Shown in pieces: positions 9,793-19,581 of a stretch of 64,000 nucleotides of DNA. The DNA is from an uncultured Trueperaceae bacterium (GTDB taxonomy: Bacteria > Deinococcota > Deinococci > Deinococcales > Trueperaceae). Within the stretch, counting starts at the first letter, position 1, and every line of letters starts with the position of its first letter. The notes beneath the pieces were generated by a model. That model was not told where the DNA came from, ran no database searches, and was given only the letters and a program-made list of their open reading frames with translations. Location of the stretch: contig CAVSGP010000009.1 of the NCBI GenBank assembly GCA_963727505.1, forward strand, positions 1 to 64,000, read 5' to 3'. Made by a program: the position numbers and the translations under genes.

Positions 9793-11022
9793 GTGCGGCG
9801 AGTCATCGGATGGATCGTCACGATACTGCTGGTTTCGAACGCCGCCGCCCTCGCCCAGGCGAGCGTGACACTGGGCGGCGAGGTCCGCGCGCGCTTCGGC
9901 GTTGCGGCCGACGGCAGCCTGCCCGTCGCCGCCGCTCAGCTCGAGCTCGATGCGAAAGGGGAGACCGGGTCCGGCCTGTTCCCGGACGCCTCGTTCAACG
10001 CGTCCCTCCTCGCCCGCTACGATGCTGCCGCTGGGACGAGCGAGGTACGTCTGGGTGACGCGTACGCCACCCTCTATCTCGGCGACCTCGAGCTCTCGCT
10101 GGGGCAGCAGACGGTCTCGTGGGGAACGACCGTCGGCATCAACCCGGTCGACATGGTCAACCCGCAGGACCGCAGCGTTCCGCCCGAGAGCGACAAGCTC
10201 CCGGTCCCGATGCTGCACGGCAGCTACTACGCCGGTGATGTCGCCACCATCGAGGCCGTTCTCGTCCCCGTGTTCATCCCGTCGACCGCTCCCTCCGAAG
10301 CCTGGCAACCGTCCCGAGCATCTCCGCAGGCGGCGGGGGTCCCGATCGTCGGCCGCCTGCCGATCCAGAACGTCCTCCCGGCGACCGAGGTCGGGAACGT
10401 CCAGTTCGGCGTTCGTGCGACCGTGAAGCTGGAGGCGCTGGACGTGAGCGCGACCTACTTCCACGGTTTTCGAAGTCTGCCCACCGTGCAGACGACCCTG
10501 AAGCCCGGCCCACGACCCGGTACCTTCGTGCTGCAGCCCATCGCGCGCTATGACCGCGTCGACGTCGTTGGAATCGACGCCTCCGCCGTGGTGCAAGACG
10601 TCGTCTTGCGGGGTGAGGCGGCATACACGTTCACGGCCGACCCCAACGGCATCGATCCGGCGATCGGCAACCCCTCTTGGCAGGCCGTCGCTGGAGGGGA
10701 GTACGCCTTCCCGGGCGGGCCCCGGGCCATCGTTCAGGGCGTTCTCGACGTGGACGAGCCGGACGCTGGAGAAGACCCGAAGGCCCGCTTCAAGACCATG
10801 ACCATGCTCAGTTACCAGCCCACCGCCCGCACCCAGATCGACCTCGGTTGGATGCAGAACCTCGACGGAAGCGGATCCCTCCAACCCAGGCTCTCCTACA
10901 CGTTCGCCGACGGCGTCGTCGGGCACACGGACGGCTACGTGTTCTACGGTGCGGACGGCACCGAGTTCGGAGGGTGGCGAGGGAACACGCAACTGCGGCT
11001 GGGGCTCGCCTACTCCTTCTGA
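9793..11022 (+). CDS. Putative outer-membrane beta-barrel (DUF1302-like)
   Basis: Signal peptide; LGQQTVSWG...NPVDMVNP; C-terminal LRLGLAYSF beta-signal; operonic with the RND and LolA-like genes. Confidence 0.7.
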   Translation: MRRVIGWIVTILLVSNAAALAQASVTLGGEVRARFGVAADGSLPVAAAQLELDAKGETGSGLFPDASFNASLLARYDAAAGTSEVRLGDAYATLYLGDLELSLGQQTVSWGTTVGINPVDMVNPQDRSVPPESDKLPVPMLHGSYYAGDVATIEAVLVPVFIPSTAPSEAWQPSRASPQAAGVPIVGRLPIQNVLPATEVGNVQFGVRATVKLEALDVSATYFHGFRSLPTVQTTLKPGPRPGTFVLQPIARYDRVDVVGIDASAVVQDVVLRGEAAYTFTADPNGIDPAIGNPSWQAVAGGEYAFPGGPRAIVQGVLDVDEPDAGEDPKARFKTMTMLSYQPTARTQIDLGWMQNLDGSGSLQPRLSYTFADGVVGHTDGYVFYGADGTEFGGWRGNTQLRLGLAYSF

Positions 11023-11312
11023 ACTTGAAGGGGACACTGGCTCCGTGTTGCCAGGCTTGCCGCGCTCGAGCGCGGAGCTGGTGAGACGCCTCGTGCTGGA
11101 TGGCGCCCGGCCTCCCGGTATGCCGATCGCCCTGGAACCGTTTGGGGTGTCAGGCCACCCGTTCGAACGAGGGCTGGGGCCGCATCCCGACCCATTCCCT
11201 CCACAGGGAGAGCGCGCCCGGTCCGATGCGGACGCGCTCTGGGACTGGTGCGGGAGTCTCGGGGCTTGCGCCGCACCGGCGACCTAGGCGAGGGCCGTCA
11301 CCGGCCAGGCCC

Positions 11313-12629
11313 TCAACGGATCTCGGTCACGCTGTTCCCGTTGTAGTTGGTGGTCCAGATGTTGCCGTTGGCGTCCGCCGCCACCCCAGTGGGGTTGTTG
11401 AAGCCGTAGCTGGCGCCGGAGTGGACGGTGGGGTTGGTGTAGTTGCCTGCGGGGAGCTCCGTCACGCTGGTCCCGAGGTTGTTGGTGATCCAGATGTTGC
11501 CGTTGGCGTCCGCGGCCACCCCATAGGGAGCGTTGAAGCCGTAGCTGGCGCCGGAGTAGATGGTGGGGTTGGTGAAGTTGCCTGCGGGGAGCTCCGTCAC
11601 GCTGCTCCCGTGATAGTTGGCGATCCAGATGTTGCCGTTGGCGTCCACCGCCACCTCAAAGGGAGCGTTGAAGCCGTAGCTGGCGCCGGAGTAGATGGTG
11701 GGGTTGGTGTAGTTGCCTGCGGGGAGCATCGTCACGCTGTTGCCGTTGTTGTTGGCGATCCAGATGTTGCCGTTGGCGTCCGCGGCCACCCCATAGGGAG
11801 CGTTGAAGCCGTAGCTGGCGCCGGAGTAGATGGTGGGGTTGGTGAAGTTGCCTGCGGGGAGCTCCGTCACGCTGCTCCCGTGATAGTTGGCGATCCAGAT
11901 GTTGCCGTTGGCGTCCACCGCCACCCCATAGGGAGCGTTGAAGCCGTAGCTGGCGCCGGAGTAGATGGTGGGGTTGGTGTAGTTGCCTGCGGGGAGCATC
12001 GTCACGCTGTCGCCGTTGTTGTTGGCGATCCAGATGTTGCCGTAGGGGTCCGCCGCCACCCCATAGGGAGCGTTGAAGCCGTAGCTGGCGCCGGAGTAGA
12101 TGGTGGGGTTGGTGTAGTTGCCTGCGGGGAGCATCGTCACGCTGTCGCCGTTGTTGGTGATCCAGATGTTGCCGTAGGGGTCCGCCGCCACCAGATTGGG
12201 AGAGTTGATGCCGTAGCTGCTGCCGGAGTACACCACGACGCCGGGGGCCACCTTGACCGTGGCGGTCTGGGTGGTGGGGGTGGTGCCGGTTCCGCCTGTG
12301 GCCGTCAGGGTGAAGGTATAGGTCGCGCTGCTGCTGGTGCTGTTGATCGGCAGCGTGACCGTTGCGGCGCTGGCCGTCTTCAGGTCGACGGCCCCCGAGT
12401 AGGCTGTGCCGTTGATCTTCACGCCGGTGGTGGGGCTGACCGTGAGGCCGTAGTCGGTAACGGCGCTGCCGTTCCAGGTCAGGGTAACGGAAGCGCCGGC
12501 TGCGGTGAGCGTCGTCGAGTTCGAGGAGAACGACGCGATCTTCGGTGCGGGCGCAGGCTGCTGGCTGCAGCCTGCGATGAGGAGGGTCAGGGTGAGCGCT
12601 GCGGCGATGAGGGGACGACGGTTGTTCAC
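11313..12629 (-). CDS. Lipoprotein with Ig-like N-terminal domain and 7 NHL-type repeats (beta-propeller)
   Basis: GGAGG SD; lipobox LIAG-C; Thr-rich beta domain; seven ~45-aa repeats FNAPYGVAxDxxGNIWIxN. Confidence 0.88.
   Translation of the reverse strand: MNNRRPLIAAALTLTLLIAGCSQQPAPAPKIASFSSNSTTLTAAGASVTLTWNGSAVTDYGLTVSPTTGVKINGTAYSGAVDLKTASAATVTLPINSTSSSATYTFTLTATGGTGTTPTTQTATVKVAPGVVVYSGSSYGINSPNLVAADPYGNIWITNNGDSVTMLPAGNYTNPTIYSGASYGFNAPYGVAADPYGNIWIANNNGDSVTMLPAGNYTNPTIYSGASYGFNAPYGVAVDANGNIWIANYHGSSVTELPAGNFTNPTIYSGASYGFNAPYGVAADANGNIWIANNNGNSVTMLPAGNYTNPTIYSGASYGFNAPFEVAVDANGNIWIANYHGSSVTELPAGNFTNPTIYSGASYGFNAPYGVAADANGNIWITNNLGTSVTELPAGNYTNPTVHSGASYGFNNPTGVAADANGNIWTTNYNGNSVTEIR
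11316..12233 (-). repeat. Intragenic tandem array of ~7 x 135-bp units
   Basis: ccatagggagcgttgaagccgtagctggcgccggagtagatgg recurs at 11521, 11791, 11926 and 12061 (multiples of 135). Confidence 0.95.
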
Positions 12630-13086
12630 GGCTGCCTCCGGATGCTGGCGCCGTCCGTTCGATATCGACTCGCTCGGCGGGGTCGTGTGACGTTCCGCAC
12701 GGGCTGCCTATTGGTACCGAGCCGAGACGGCTGCGATCACGACGTGTGGGACCTTGCAGGTAGAACCGCTCGGGCAGAACCGTTCCGGCGGTACCGTTCA
12801 GGCTCGACTTCTCAGGTCGGAAGTGTACCCTTCGGCGCCACGGCGGCCTGTAGCCGCGACACATTCGTCTGGTTGACGATGGGTCAACCGCCGTTGTGGG
12901 AGTGGAGTGGCGCGGGTTCCGTGGACGCCGTTGCGTTTGGTGCCGGGTCCCCCTGCCGCCAATCCCGACGCGAGCCGGCGAGGTGAGCGTGTTGAACGTT
13001 GCCGGGTAGGACTCTGGCCAACACATCGCCCCTGATCCCGATGTGCGCTGTCTCTTCGAGGTTCTGGATGGCTCCGGCGTATGCGG

Positions 13087-13422
13087 CTACGGTGGTGGTA
13101 CTGCGTTGAGGAACTGTAGGAGAGCGTGTTCGTCGGTCAGGTCGCCGTAGAGGACGGCGATGGCTTGTCCGTGGTGTTCCCAGAGCAGGGCAGGCGAGGC
13201 ATAGATGCCGAACTCGAGGGCGGCTCGCGGGTACGTGAGGAGGTCGATCTCGTCGACATGGAGGTCTCCGGCGTCCAGAGCCCGAAGACCTTCGCTGAGC
13301 CCGTTCCGTGCTCGTTGGGACCGTGGTGAGGTTCCGGTGATGAGGAGGACGAGACGCAGACCCTGTTGGGGGGACGTGAGCATGTTGGTTTGGTCCCCGT
13401 TCTTCGGAGGTGGGAGCGTCAT
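13087..13422 (-). CDS. kaiB: Divergent KaiB-like protein
   Basis: LRLVLLITGTSPRSQRA...EIDLLTYP...IYASPAL...LYGDLTD follows the KaiB pattern; ATGA overlap with kaiC. Confidence 0.78.
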   Translation of the reverse strand: MTLPPPKNGDQTNMLTSPQQGLRLVLLITGTSPRSQRARNGLSEGLRALDAGDLHVDEIDLLTYPRAALEFGIYASPALLWEHHGQAIAVLYGDLTDEHALLQFLNAVPPP

Positions 13423-15158
13423 GTTCCGTCGCTCGGTTCGACCGGATGCTCGTCGGGTCGAGTTGCTCGTCCCTGCCCTGGTCTTCGCTCATGGACGATG
13501 GTTTCCAACTGGCTCACGGCCTGTCGGTCGGCTTCGGCGTCATCGTCCGCGTCTGCCCTGAGCGAGTCCTGGAGGCGCGACTGTTCTGCGGTCAGTTCTT
13601 GCAGTCTTGCTTCGGTTGCCTCGAGTTGGCTTTCGAGGCCGCGGCGCTTCTGCCGGCGTTCTCTCAGGGCTCTGCGTTGCTGGTCTGCCTCTTGGTTCTC
13701 CGCGAAGAGGCGTGCCGTTCCCATGAGGACTTCGCTCCCGAGGTCGTAGACGTCGGCAAGGTCGATGCCCTCGCTCGAGAGCAGGAGTTCGCGCACCTGA
13801 TTGGAATGGCGGGTCCCGCGGGACTTGACGATGGAGAGGGCGCGGTTGCGTTCTCCCCCGATGATGCTGTAGTCCAGTGCGATCCAGGTGTCGGCGAGGG
13901 TCGACGTGAGGGTGACGGTCTCGTCAGCGCGGCTGGCGCCGTGCTGGAGGAGCGATGTGAGGACGGTGGTGACGCCGTTGGCGCGCGTGGTGTAGAGGAC
14001 CTGTTGGATGCTCAGGTAGGCGTTGTCGCTTTCGGTCGTCTTGAACAGGGCGGAGACGGGGTCGATGACGAGGACCTTCGGGCGCATCTCTTGGATGAGG
14101 TTCTGGAGCGCCAGGACGTGTGCTTCAGGGATGGATGTCCAGGCTGGGACGGCGTGGAAGGTCAGGGTGTGGTCGTCGACGTAGGGCTGGAGATCGAGGC
14201 CGATGGAGGTGGCATCGCGGATGATGACCTCGGCGGGTTCGTCGTAGCTGACGAACAGCGCGCGCTCGCCGCGTTTCGCGGCTTCCGCGGCGAAGTGGAG
14301 CGCGAGGTTGGTCTTCGCGGTGCCTGGGGCTCCCGAGATCAGCGTGGTGGAACCTACGTAGACGCCACCACCGAGGATGTCGTCGAGGCGGGGGATCCCG
14401 GTGGACATGCGTTGGTAGGAGGCCGGTTGCTGTCGGGTTGGCGTGTAAACGTGGTAGGGGAGATGGAATCCGGCGCCGTCGAGGATGATGGGGATCTCGT
14501 TGGTGGTGTGGGCGGATCCGCGGTACTTGAGGATGCGCAGCCGCCGTATCAGGTGGCGACGCTCGAGTTTGGCGGTGAGTTCGATGACGGTGGGGAGAGC
14601 GTACTTCGCCGCTTCGACGTAGTCGGTGCCGGCGAGCCGGGGGCTGGGCGGTTTGCCCGTCACGATGGTCGTGACGTTGTTCCTGAGGCTCCACTCCTGG
14701 ATGTTGCGGATCTGTTGGACGGCCGTGCTGGTGTCGTGCTCGTAGGCGAGCAGCTGGTCGATGCCGTCGAGCACGAGCCAGATGGGTTGGTCCGGTTCTG
14801 TGAGGGTGGGGACCACGTTGAGGAGGGCCTCGACGTCGAAGCTGCCCGAGGAGGCTGCGTTGGTGGGGGGGCGGGCGTCGAGGAGGTGGAGGTGTGGGTT
14901 GTTGGCGAGGGTGTGGCCCCAATCGAACGATGCGGCGTTGGCGGTGAGACCCTCGGTGGTCTCTTCGAAGGAGATGAAGACGGTGGGTTCGTTCCGTTCT
15001 GCGGCCTGCGCTGCGATCTGCAGGCCGAGGTTGGTCTTCCCGGTGCCGGGTGACCCGACGAGGAGGGTGGCGCCGGCGCTGGGCAGGCCGCCGTTGGTGG
15101 CGTTATCGAAGCCTGGCAGGCCGGTGGCGCGCTTGGATCTGTGGTCTGAGGTCGTCAT
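13419..15158 (-). CDS. kaiC: KaiC (double RecA-domain ATPase) with C-terminal coiled-coil extension
   Basis: Walker A GSPGTGKT and GAPGTAKT; SFEE and SYDE; KYRGS and KSRGT fingers; phosphosite segment TSTLADTW; charged helical tail. Confidence 0.93.
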   Translation of the reverse strand: MTTSDHRSKRATGLPGFDNATNGGLPSAGATLLVGSPGTGKTNLGLQIAAQAAERNEPTVFISFEETTEGLTANAASFDWGHTLANNPHLHLLDARPPTNAASSGSFDVEALLNVVPTLTEPDQPIWLVLDGIDQLLAYEHDTSTAVQQIRNIQEWSLRNNVTTIVTGKPPSPRLAGTDYVEAAKYALPTVIELTAKLERRHLIRRLRILKYRGSAHTTNEIPIILDGAGFHLPYHVYTPTRQQPASYQRMSTGIPRLDDILGGGVYVGSTTLISGAPGTAKTNLALHFAAEAAKRGERALFVSYDEPAEVIIRDATSIGLDLQPYVDDHTLTFHAVPAWTSIPEAHVLALQNLIQEMRPKVLVIDPVSALFKTTESDNAYLSIQQVLYTTRANGVTTVLTSLLQHGASRADETVTLTSTLADTWIALDYSIIGGERNRALSIVKSRGTRHSNQVRELLLSSEGIDLADVYDLGSEVLMGTARLFAENQEADQQRRALRERRQKRRGLESQLEATEARLQELTAEQSRLQDSLRADADDDAEADRQAVSQLETIVHERRPGQGRATRPDEHPVEPSDGT

Positions 15159-15198
15159 GGTTCGCCGCGTTGTCTGGGGAAGGTGTGTGGGGGAGAGG

Positions 15199-18100
15199 TC
15201 ATGGTGCCTCGGGGACGGGAAGGGTCGCGTGCTCGTGGAGTAGCCACCGGAAGTCCTCCTCTTGGAGCGGGATGCCGAAGTGGAAGCCTTGCCCCTGGGG
15301 GCATCCGAGCACGATGAGTTCTTCTCGTTGCGCGGTGGTCTCGATGCCCTCTGAGGTGGCCACGGCGCCCAGGCTGTTGGCGAGTTGGATACTGGTCTGG
15401 ACGACGGTGTGGCTGTAGTCGTCGGTGAGCATGTCCTTGATGAAAGCGTAATCGATCTTGAGTTCGTCGAAGTGGAAGTGCTTGAGGTAGGAGAGGGAGC
15501 TGTAACCCTTGCCGAAGTCGTCCAGCGCGAGGCGAACGCCGAGGTCGCGGAGTGCGTCGAGTTGGGAGCGGAAGACGGACGCTTCGGTGACGAACACGGA
15601 CTCGGTGATCTCGAGCGTGAGGCTCGTAGGGGAGAGGCCGTGGTGCTCGATGGCGTCTCGGACTTCGGCGACGAGGGTACCAGTGCGGAACTGTTCTACG
15701 GAGACGTTGACGGCGACGCGGATCATGTTCAGGCCCTGGTCTTGCCATCGTCGGAGGGCAGCGCAGGCCTCGTTGAGCACCCAGTTTCCGATGGGTGTGA
15801 TGAGTCCGCTCTGTTCGGCAGCGTCGATGAAGCTCCCTGGGAGGAGGAGGCCGCGTTGGGGGTGGTTCCAGCGGATGAGTGCTTCGGCGGCGAGCAGGGT
15901 GCCCGTGGTGAGGTCGACCTTGGGTTGGTAGTGAAGTTGGAACTCGTTGTGGTCGAGCGCTTCACGGAGTTCGTGGGCGAGTTGGGCCTGTTTCCGGATC
16001 CGCCGGTCGAGATCATGTGTGAATCGCGCGTCACGGACGATGGGGTCCTTGGCGATGCTGTGGAGAGCCACTTCTGCCTCTCTCACGAGTTCCGATGCCG
16101 GGCGCTCGTCGGACGCCAGGTCGGTCATGCCGATGTGGAACGAGACCGGGATGGGCACGTCTTCGATGAGATAGGGCGGGGAGGAGCCCACCTCGTCCAT
16201 CCATGCACGGATGGCATCGGGGCGCATGCCCTGCGGATCACCGAAGGGGATGAAGACGGCGAAGGTGTCGCCGTCCACGCGACCGACGATGGCTTCGGGG
16301 TCGAGATGGTCGCGCAGTCGCTCTGCCACGGCCTGGAGAACGGCGTCCCCGCCAGCGAAGCCGTGAGCGTCGTTGACGCCTCGGAAGTGGTCGATGTCCA
16401 TGAAGGCCACGACGCCGTGTTCGGGCCAGCCGTTGGTCTGGAGGAACGCGTCGATCGCACGGACGAAGCCGTTCCGGTTGTCGAGCCCGGTGAGCGAGTC
16501 TGTGAAGGCGATCTCTACGAGGCGGTCGCGGGCTTCCCTCTGCTCGGTGACGTCGATGTGCATGACGACGGCGCCGACGTCTCCCGGAGGCTGCTTCCTG
16601 GTGGCGTTCGCCAACAATCGATACCATCGGGTGCCGGCCGGGCCGGGACACGGGTACTCGAAGGAGAAGCTCTCCGTGGCGTCGTTGAGCACCTCGAGGA
16701 TGCCGTTCCGGATGGTCATGGCTTCGGGAGCGTCCTTGGCTGCTGCTTCGCAGACGGCGAGGTAGTTGCTGCCGACCCCGTAGTCGGGGTCGCGGCTGCC
16801 GTTGTCGGCTCCGTACACCCGCCATCGCTCGTTGACGTCGAGGATGGTGCCTTCGTGGTCGAGGACCGCGATGTTGGCGGGCAGCGAGTTGATCAGGGCC
16901 CGGCTGGCGCCGAGGGCCTCGTCGAGGCTCCGGTTGGCGGCGTGGAGGTCGGCCATGAGGCTGTCGCGCTGGAGGGCGAGGCTGAGCTGGTGGGCGATGG
17001 CTTCGGCGAAGACCTCCGCGTCGTGATCGAGGTCGAGCGGGTCCCGGGTGAAGAGCTCGAGGACCCCCTCGAGGCGCGCGAGGCTGGTGAGCGGGACGGC
17101 GAGGCAGCCGCGCATGTCGAGCTGGCGGAGGTAGCTGGTGTCGTGCGCGGTGTCGATGCGGGCGTCGCGGACGATGACGGGCTTGTGCGTGCGGGCGGCC
17201 TCGCCTGCCATGCCGTATCCGATGGGGATGGTCGGTACGGGGTCGGGGAGATGCCGGACGCCCAGGGGCTGAAGGTTGCGCCGACTCGGGTCGAACCGGA
17301 AGATCGCGACCCCGTCGACGTCGAGTTCGTTGGTCAATGCGTCCAGGACGGTCTCGACGACGCTGCTGATGGGAGTGTCGAGGAGGATGGCGGTGTCGAG
17401 GTGGTGGATGGCTCGGAAACGCGAGAGCTGGCTCTCGAGCCGGCGGTTGAGCTCGGCGGCCCTGCGCTGGGCATGGACGCGTTCGGTGATGTCTTGCGCG
17501 ACGACCAGCCGCGCCTGGGTTCCGTGGAACGTCAGGCTGTACGTGGTGATGTCGACGTCGATGGCGGTGCCATCCTTGAGCGTGTGGACCCAGACCCCTT
17601 CGTTGCCGTCTCGGTCGTCGGGGCGCTCTTCGAGGTACGACAGGAGCTTGGACCCGTCTCCGGGAGGTCGGATGTCGGCAAGCCTCATGGCGAGGAACGC
17701 GTCCTCGCTGTAGCCGTAGCGCTGCACCATGGCGTCGTTGACAGCGAGGAAAGCGAGCGTGGTGGCGTCGTAGACGTACATCGGCAAGGGGTTGCGCTCG
17801 AACAGGTTGCGGAAGGCGTCTTCGCTGGCCTGGAGAGCCTGTTCGGAGGCGCGTCGCGCGCTGACGTCCTGTTTGATCGCGACGAAGTGGCTGACGGTTG
17901 CTGTGCCGTCGCGCACGGGCGTGATGGTCTGCTCTTCGTGGTAGACGCTGCCGTCCTTGCGGCGGTTCGTGAGTACGCCGCGCCACACGTGCCCGGCCGA
18001 GATGGTTTCCCACAGCTCGCGGTAGAAACGCTCGTCGTGCGCCCCTGACTTCAGCAGGCTGGGCTTGTGCCCGACCGCCTCGTGCTGCTCGTAGCCGGTC

Positions 18101-18441
18101 ATGGCGGTGAAGGCGGGGTTGACCCACTCCATGGTGCCGTCGGCGTCGGTGATGACGATGGCGTTCGCAGCCGCTTCAAGTGCAGCGGTCTGGAGGGTCG
18201 CCTTGGCAGCGGAGCTTACGAGGGCGTCACGGAGCCTGTGCTGCTCGCTCGCGTTCCGAACGTCGGTGCTGTCGCCCTTCTGGCGGGCGGCGTCCGTGAA
18301 GATCACGGAGGATGGGTCGGCGGCCGGGAGCGCGGCCTCGGCGCCAGACGTCGCTTCCTCAGCGCCGGCATCGCGCAGAGAACTGCGGTTCGTTCGCGCT
18401 TTCCTTCGGGCCATGGCCCCAGGCGCCTCTCGCGGACCCAT
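15199..18441 (-). CDS. PAS-PAS-GAF-PAS-GGDEF(degenerate)-EAL c-di-GMP phosphodiesterase
   Basis: GGDEF site reads DGDTF; EAL motifs EALIRW, VNVS, LEITES, DDFGKGYSS, LKID and EGIE are intact; start may be 18414. Confidence 0.92.
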   Translation of the reverse strand: MGPREAPGAMARRKARTNRSSLRDAGAEEATSGAEAALPAADPSSVIFTDAARQKGDSTDVRNASEQHRLRDALVSSAAKATLQTAALEAAANAIVITDADGTMEWVNPAFTAMTGYEQHEAVGHKPSLLKSGAHDERFYRELWETISAGHVWRGVLTNRRKDGSVYHEEQTITPVRDGTATVSHFVAIKQDVSARRASEQALQASEDAFRNLFERNPLPMYVYDATTLAFLAVNDAMVQRYGYSEDAFLAMRLADIRPPGDGSKLLSYLEERPDDRDGNEGVWVHTLKDGTAIDVDITTYSLTFHGTQARLVVAQDITERVHAQRRAAELNRRLESQLSRFRAIHHLDTAILLDTPISSVVETVLDALTNELDVDGVAIFRFDPSRRNLQPLGVRHLPDPVPTIPIGYGMAGEAARTHKPVIVRDARIDTAHDTSYLRQLDMRGCLAVPLTSLARLEGVLELFTRDPLDLDHDAEVFAEAIAHQLSLALQRDSLMADLHAANRSLDEALGASRALINSLPANIAVLDHEGTILDVNERWRVYGADNGSRDPDYGVGSNYLAVCEAAAKDAPEAMTIRNGILEVLNDATESFSFEYPCPGPAGTRWYRLLANATRKQPPGDVGAVVMHIDVTEQREARDRLVEIAFTDSLTGLDNRNGFVRAIDAFLQTNGWPEHGVVAFMDIDHFRGVNDAHGFAGGDAVLQAVAERLRDHLDPEAIVGRVDGDTFAVFIPFGDPQGMRPDAIRAWMDEVGSSPPYLIEDVPIPVSFHIGMTDLASDERPASELVREAEVALHSIAKDPIVRDARFTHDLDRRIRKQAQLAHELREALDHNEFQLHYQPKVDLTTGTLLAAEALIRWNHPQRGLLLPGSFIDAAEQSGLITPIGNWVLNEACAALRRWQDQGLNMIRVAVNVSVEQFRTGTLVAEVRDAIEHHGLSPTSLTLEITESVFVTEASVFRSQLDALRDLGVRLALDDFGKGYSSLSYLKHFHFDELKIDYAFIKDMLTDDYSHTVVQTSIQLANSLGAVATSEGIETTAQREELIVLGCPQGQGFHFGIPLQEEDFRWLLHEHATLPVPEAP

Positions 18442-18648
18442 GCAGCGAACGGTGAAGTTATGGGGATGTACAGGCGAGGGCGTCGTTCACAATGGGTGCA
18501 GGGTCGCTACCGACCAACCCTGATCTAGTAGAGCACACGCACTCTTACGAGAAAATGACTTCTGTCCCAGACAGCGGGCAGGGCGGTGCGTTGGCATGCG
18601 CTCACGTGCCTTTGCAGGACACGATGCCTGTCGGCAAGGCACGAGACG

Positions 18649-19581
18649 TCAGGCTGACACGCGGTTGTCGTCTGCAGCATGGATCGCTCCCGATCCGGCG
18701 CGTCGCTTGCGCCGCACGCTCGAAGCCTTGGCGGCGTACATGGCTTTGTCGGCGACCGCCAGCAGAGCCTCGATGGTGACGCCGTCGACGGGATAGTGCG
18801 CAACGCCGAAGCTGGCCTTGATGATGATGGGCATGCCGTCGATGATCGGTGGGTGCGCGAGGCTCTTTCGGTAGCTCCTCACGATCCGCGTGCTGTCCGC
18901 CACGGTGACGTTGTTCATCAGGACGACGAACTCGTCGCCTCCGAAGCGGGCCAGCAAGTCGCTCTCGCGTGTCAATCGTCGCAACCGAGCGGCCACGCGG
19001 CCCAGCACCACGTCTCCCACCGCGTGGCCGTGCTGGTCGTTGATACCCTTGAAGTCGTCGATGTCCAAGAAGACAAGGGCGGGATTCCAGTCGTGCCGCC
19101 TGGCGAGCGCTAGCATGTGCGCGGCTTCGAGCAGGAAGTAGCGTCGGCTGGCGAGCCCGGTGAGTGCATCGTTGTTGGCGCGGTCCAGCAGGTCGGCCTC
19201 CTGCTCCTTCTGCGGGGTGATGTCCCGCTGAGCGACCAGAGCTCCCCGTTGCCCGTCGGCCAGGGGCGTGGCGTTCAGCAGGAACCAGCGAACGCGGGAT
19301 GCGCGCGCTTCGAAGTACTCGTAATCGAAGCGGGGCAACTGGCCCTGGAGCACCCCGTCGATCCCTGCCAGGATCCCGTCCACGGCGCCCGAGGAGACGC
19401 CATGCTCGGACTGGAATGCCTCCCGGACGTGGTGCCCGACGAGGTCCCGTGGATCGGCCACAACGTTGGGTTCGGTCTGCCACACGCTGTTGGTTGCCAC
19501 GATGATGCCGTCGCCGCCCAGAACGGCGATCTGGTCGGTCATGGCGTTGAGGGCCGTCTGTAGCGAGACCTGCTCTTGCAT
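18649..19581 (-). CDS. PAS-GGDEF diguanylate cyclase
   Basis: DALTGL, DIDDFKGIND, RESD I-site and RFGGDEF; GAGGAG SD. Confidence 0.92.
   Translation of the reverse strand: MQEQVSLQTALNAMTDQIAVLGGDGIIVATNSVWQTEPNVVADPRDLVGHHVREAFQSEHGVSSGAVDGILAGIDGVLQGQLPRFDYEYFEARASRVRWFLLNATPLADGQRGALVAQRDITPQKEQEADLLDRANNDALTGLASRRYFLLEAAHMLALARRHDWNPALVFLDIDDFKGINDQHGHAVGDVVLGRVAARLRRLTRESDLLARFGGDEFVVLMNNVTVADSTRIVRSYRKSLAHPPIIDGMPIIIKASFGVAHYPVDGVTIEALLAVADKAMYAAKASSVRRKRRAGSGAIHAADDNRVSA

Noticed and set aside
11316..12233. Regular repeats as a CRISPR array or DGR template/variable pair
   Set aside because: In-frame 135-bp coding units with no unique spacers; no cas or reverse transcriptase gene in the window.
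6599..18048. Long antisense or alternate-frame ORFs (6599-9088, 11100-12986, 13410-15053, 15385-18048; likewise 22702-24840, 46846-49641, 57920-60121)
   Set aside because: Shadow ORFs of real genes caused by high-GC codon bias; no recognisable motifs.
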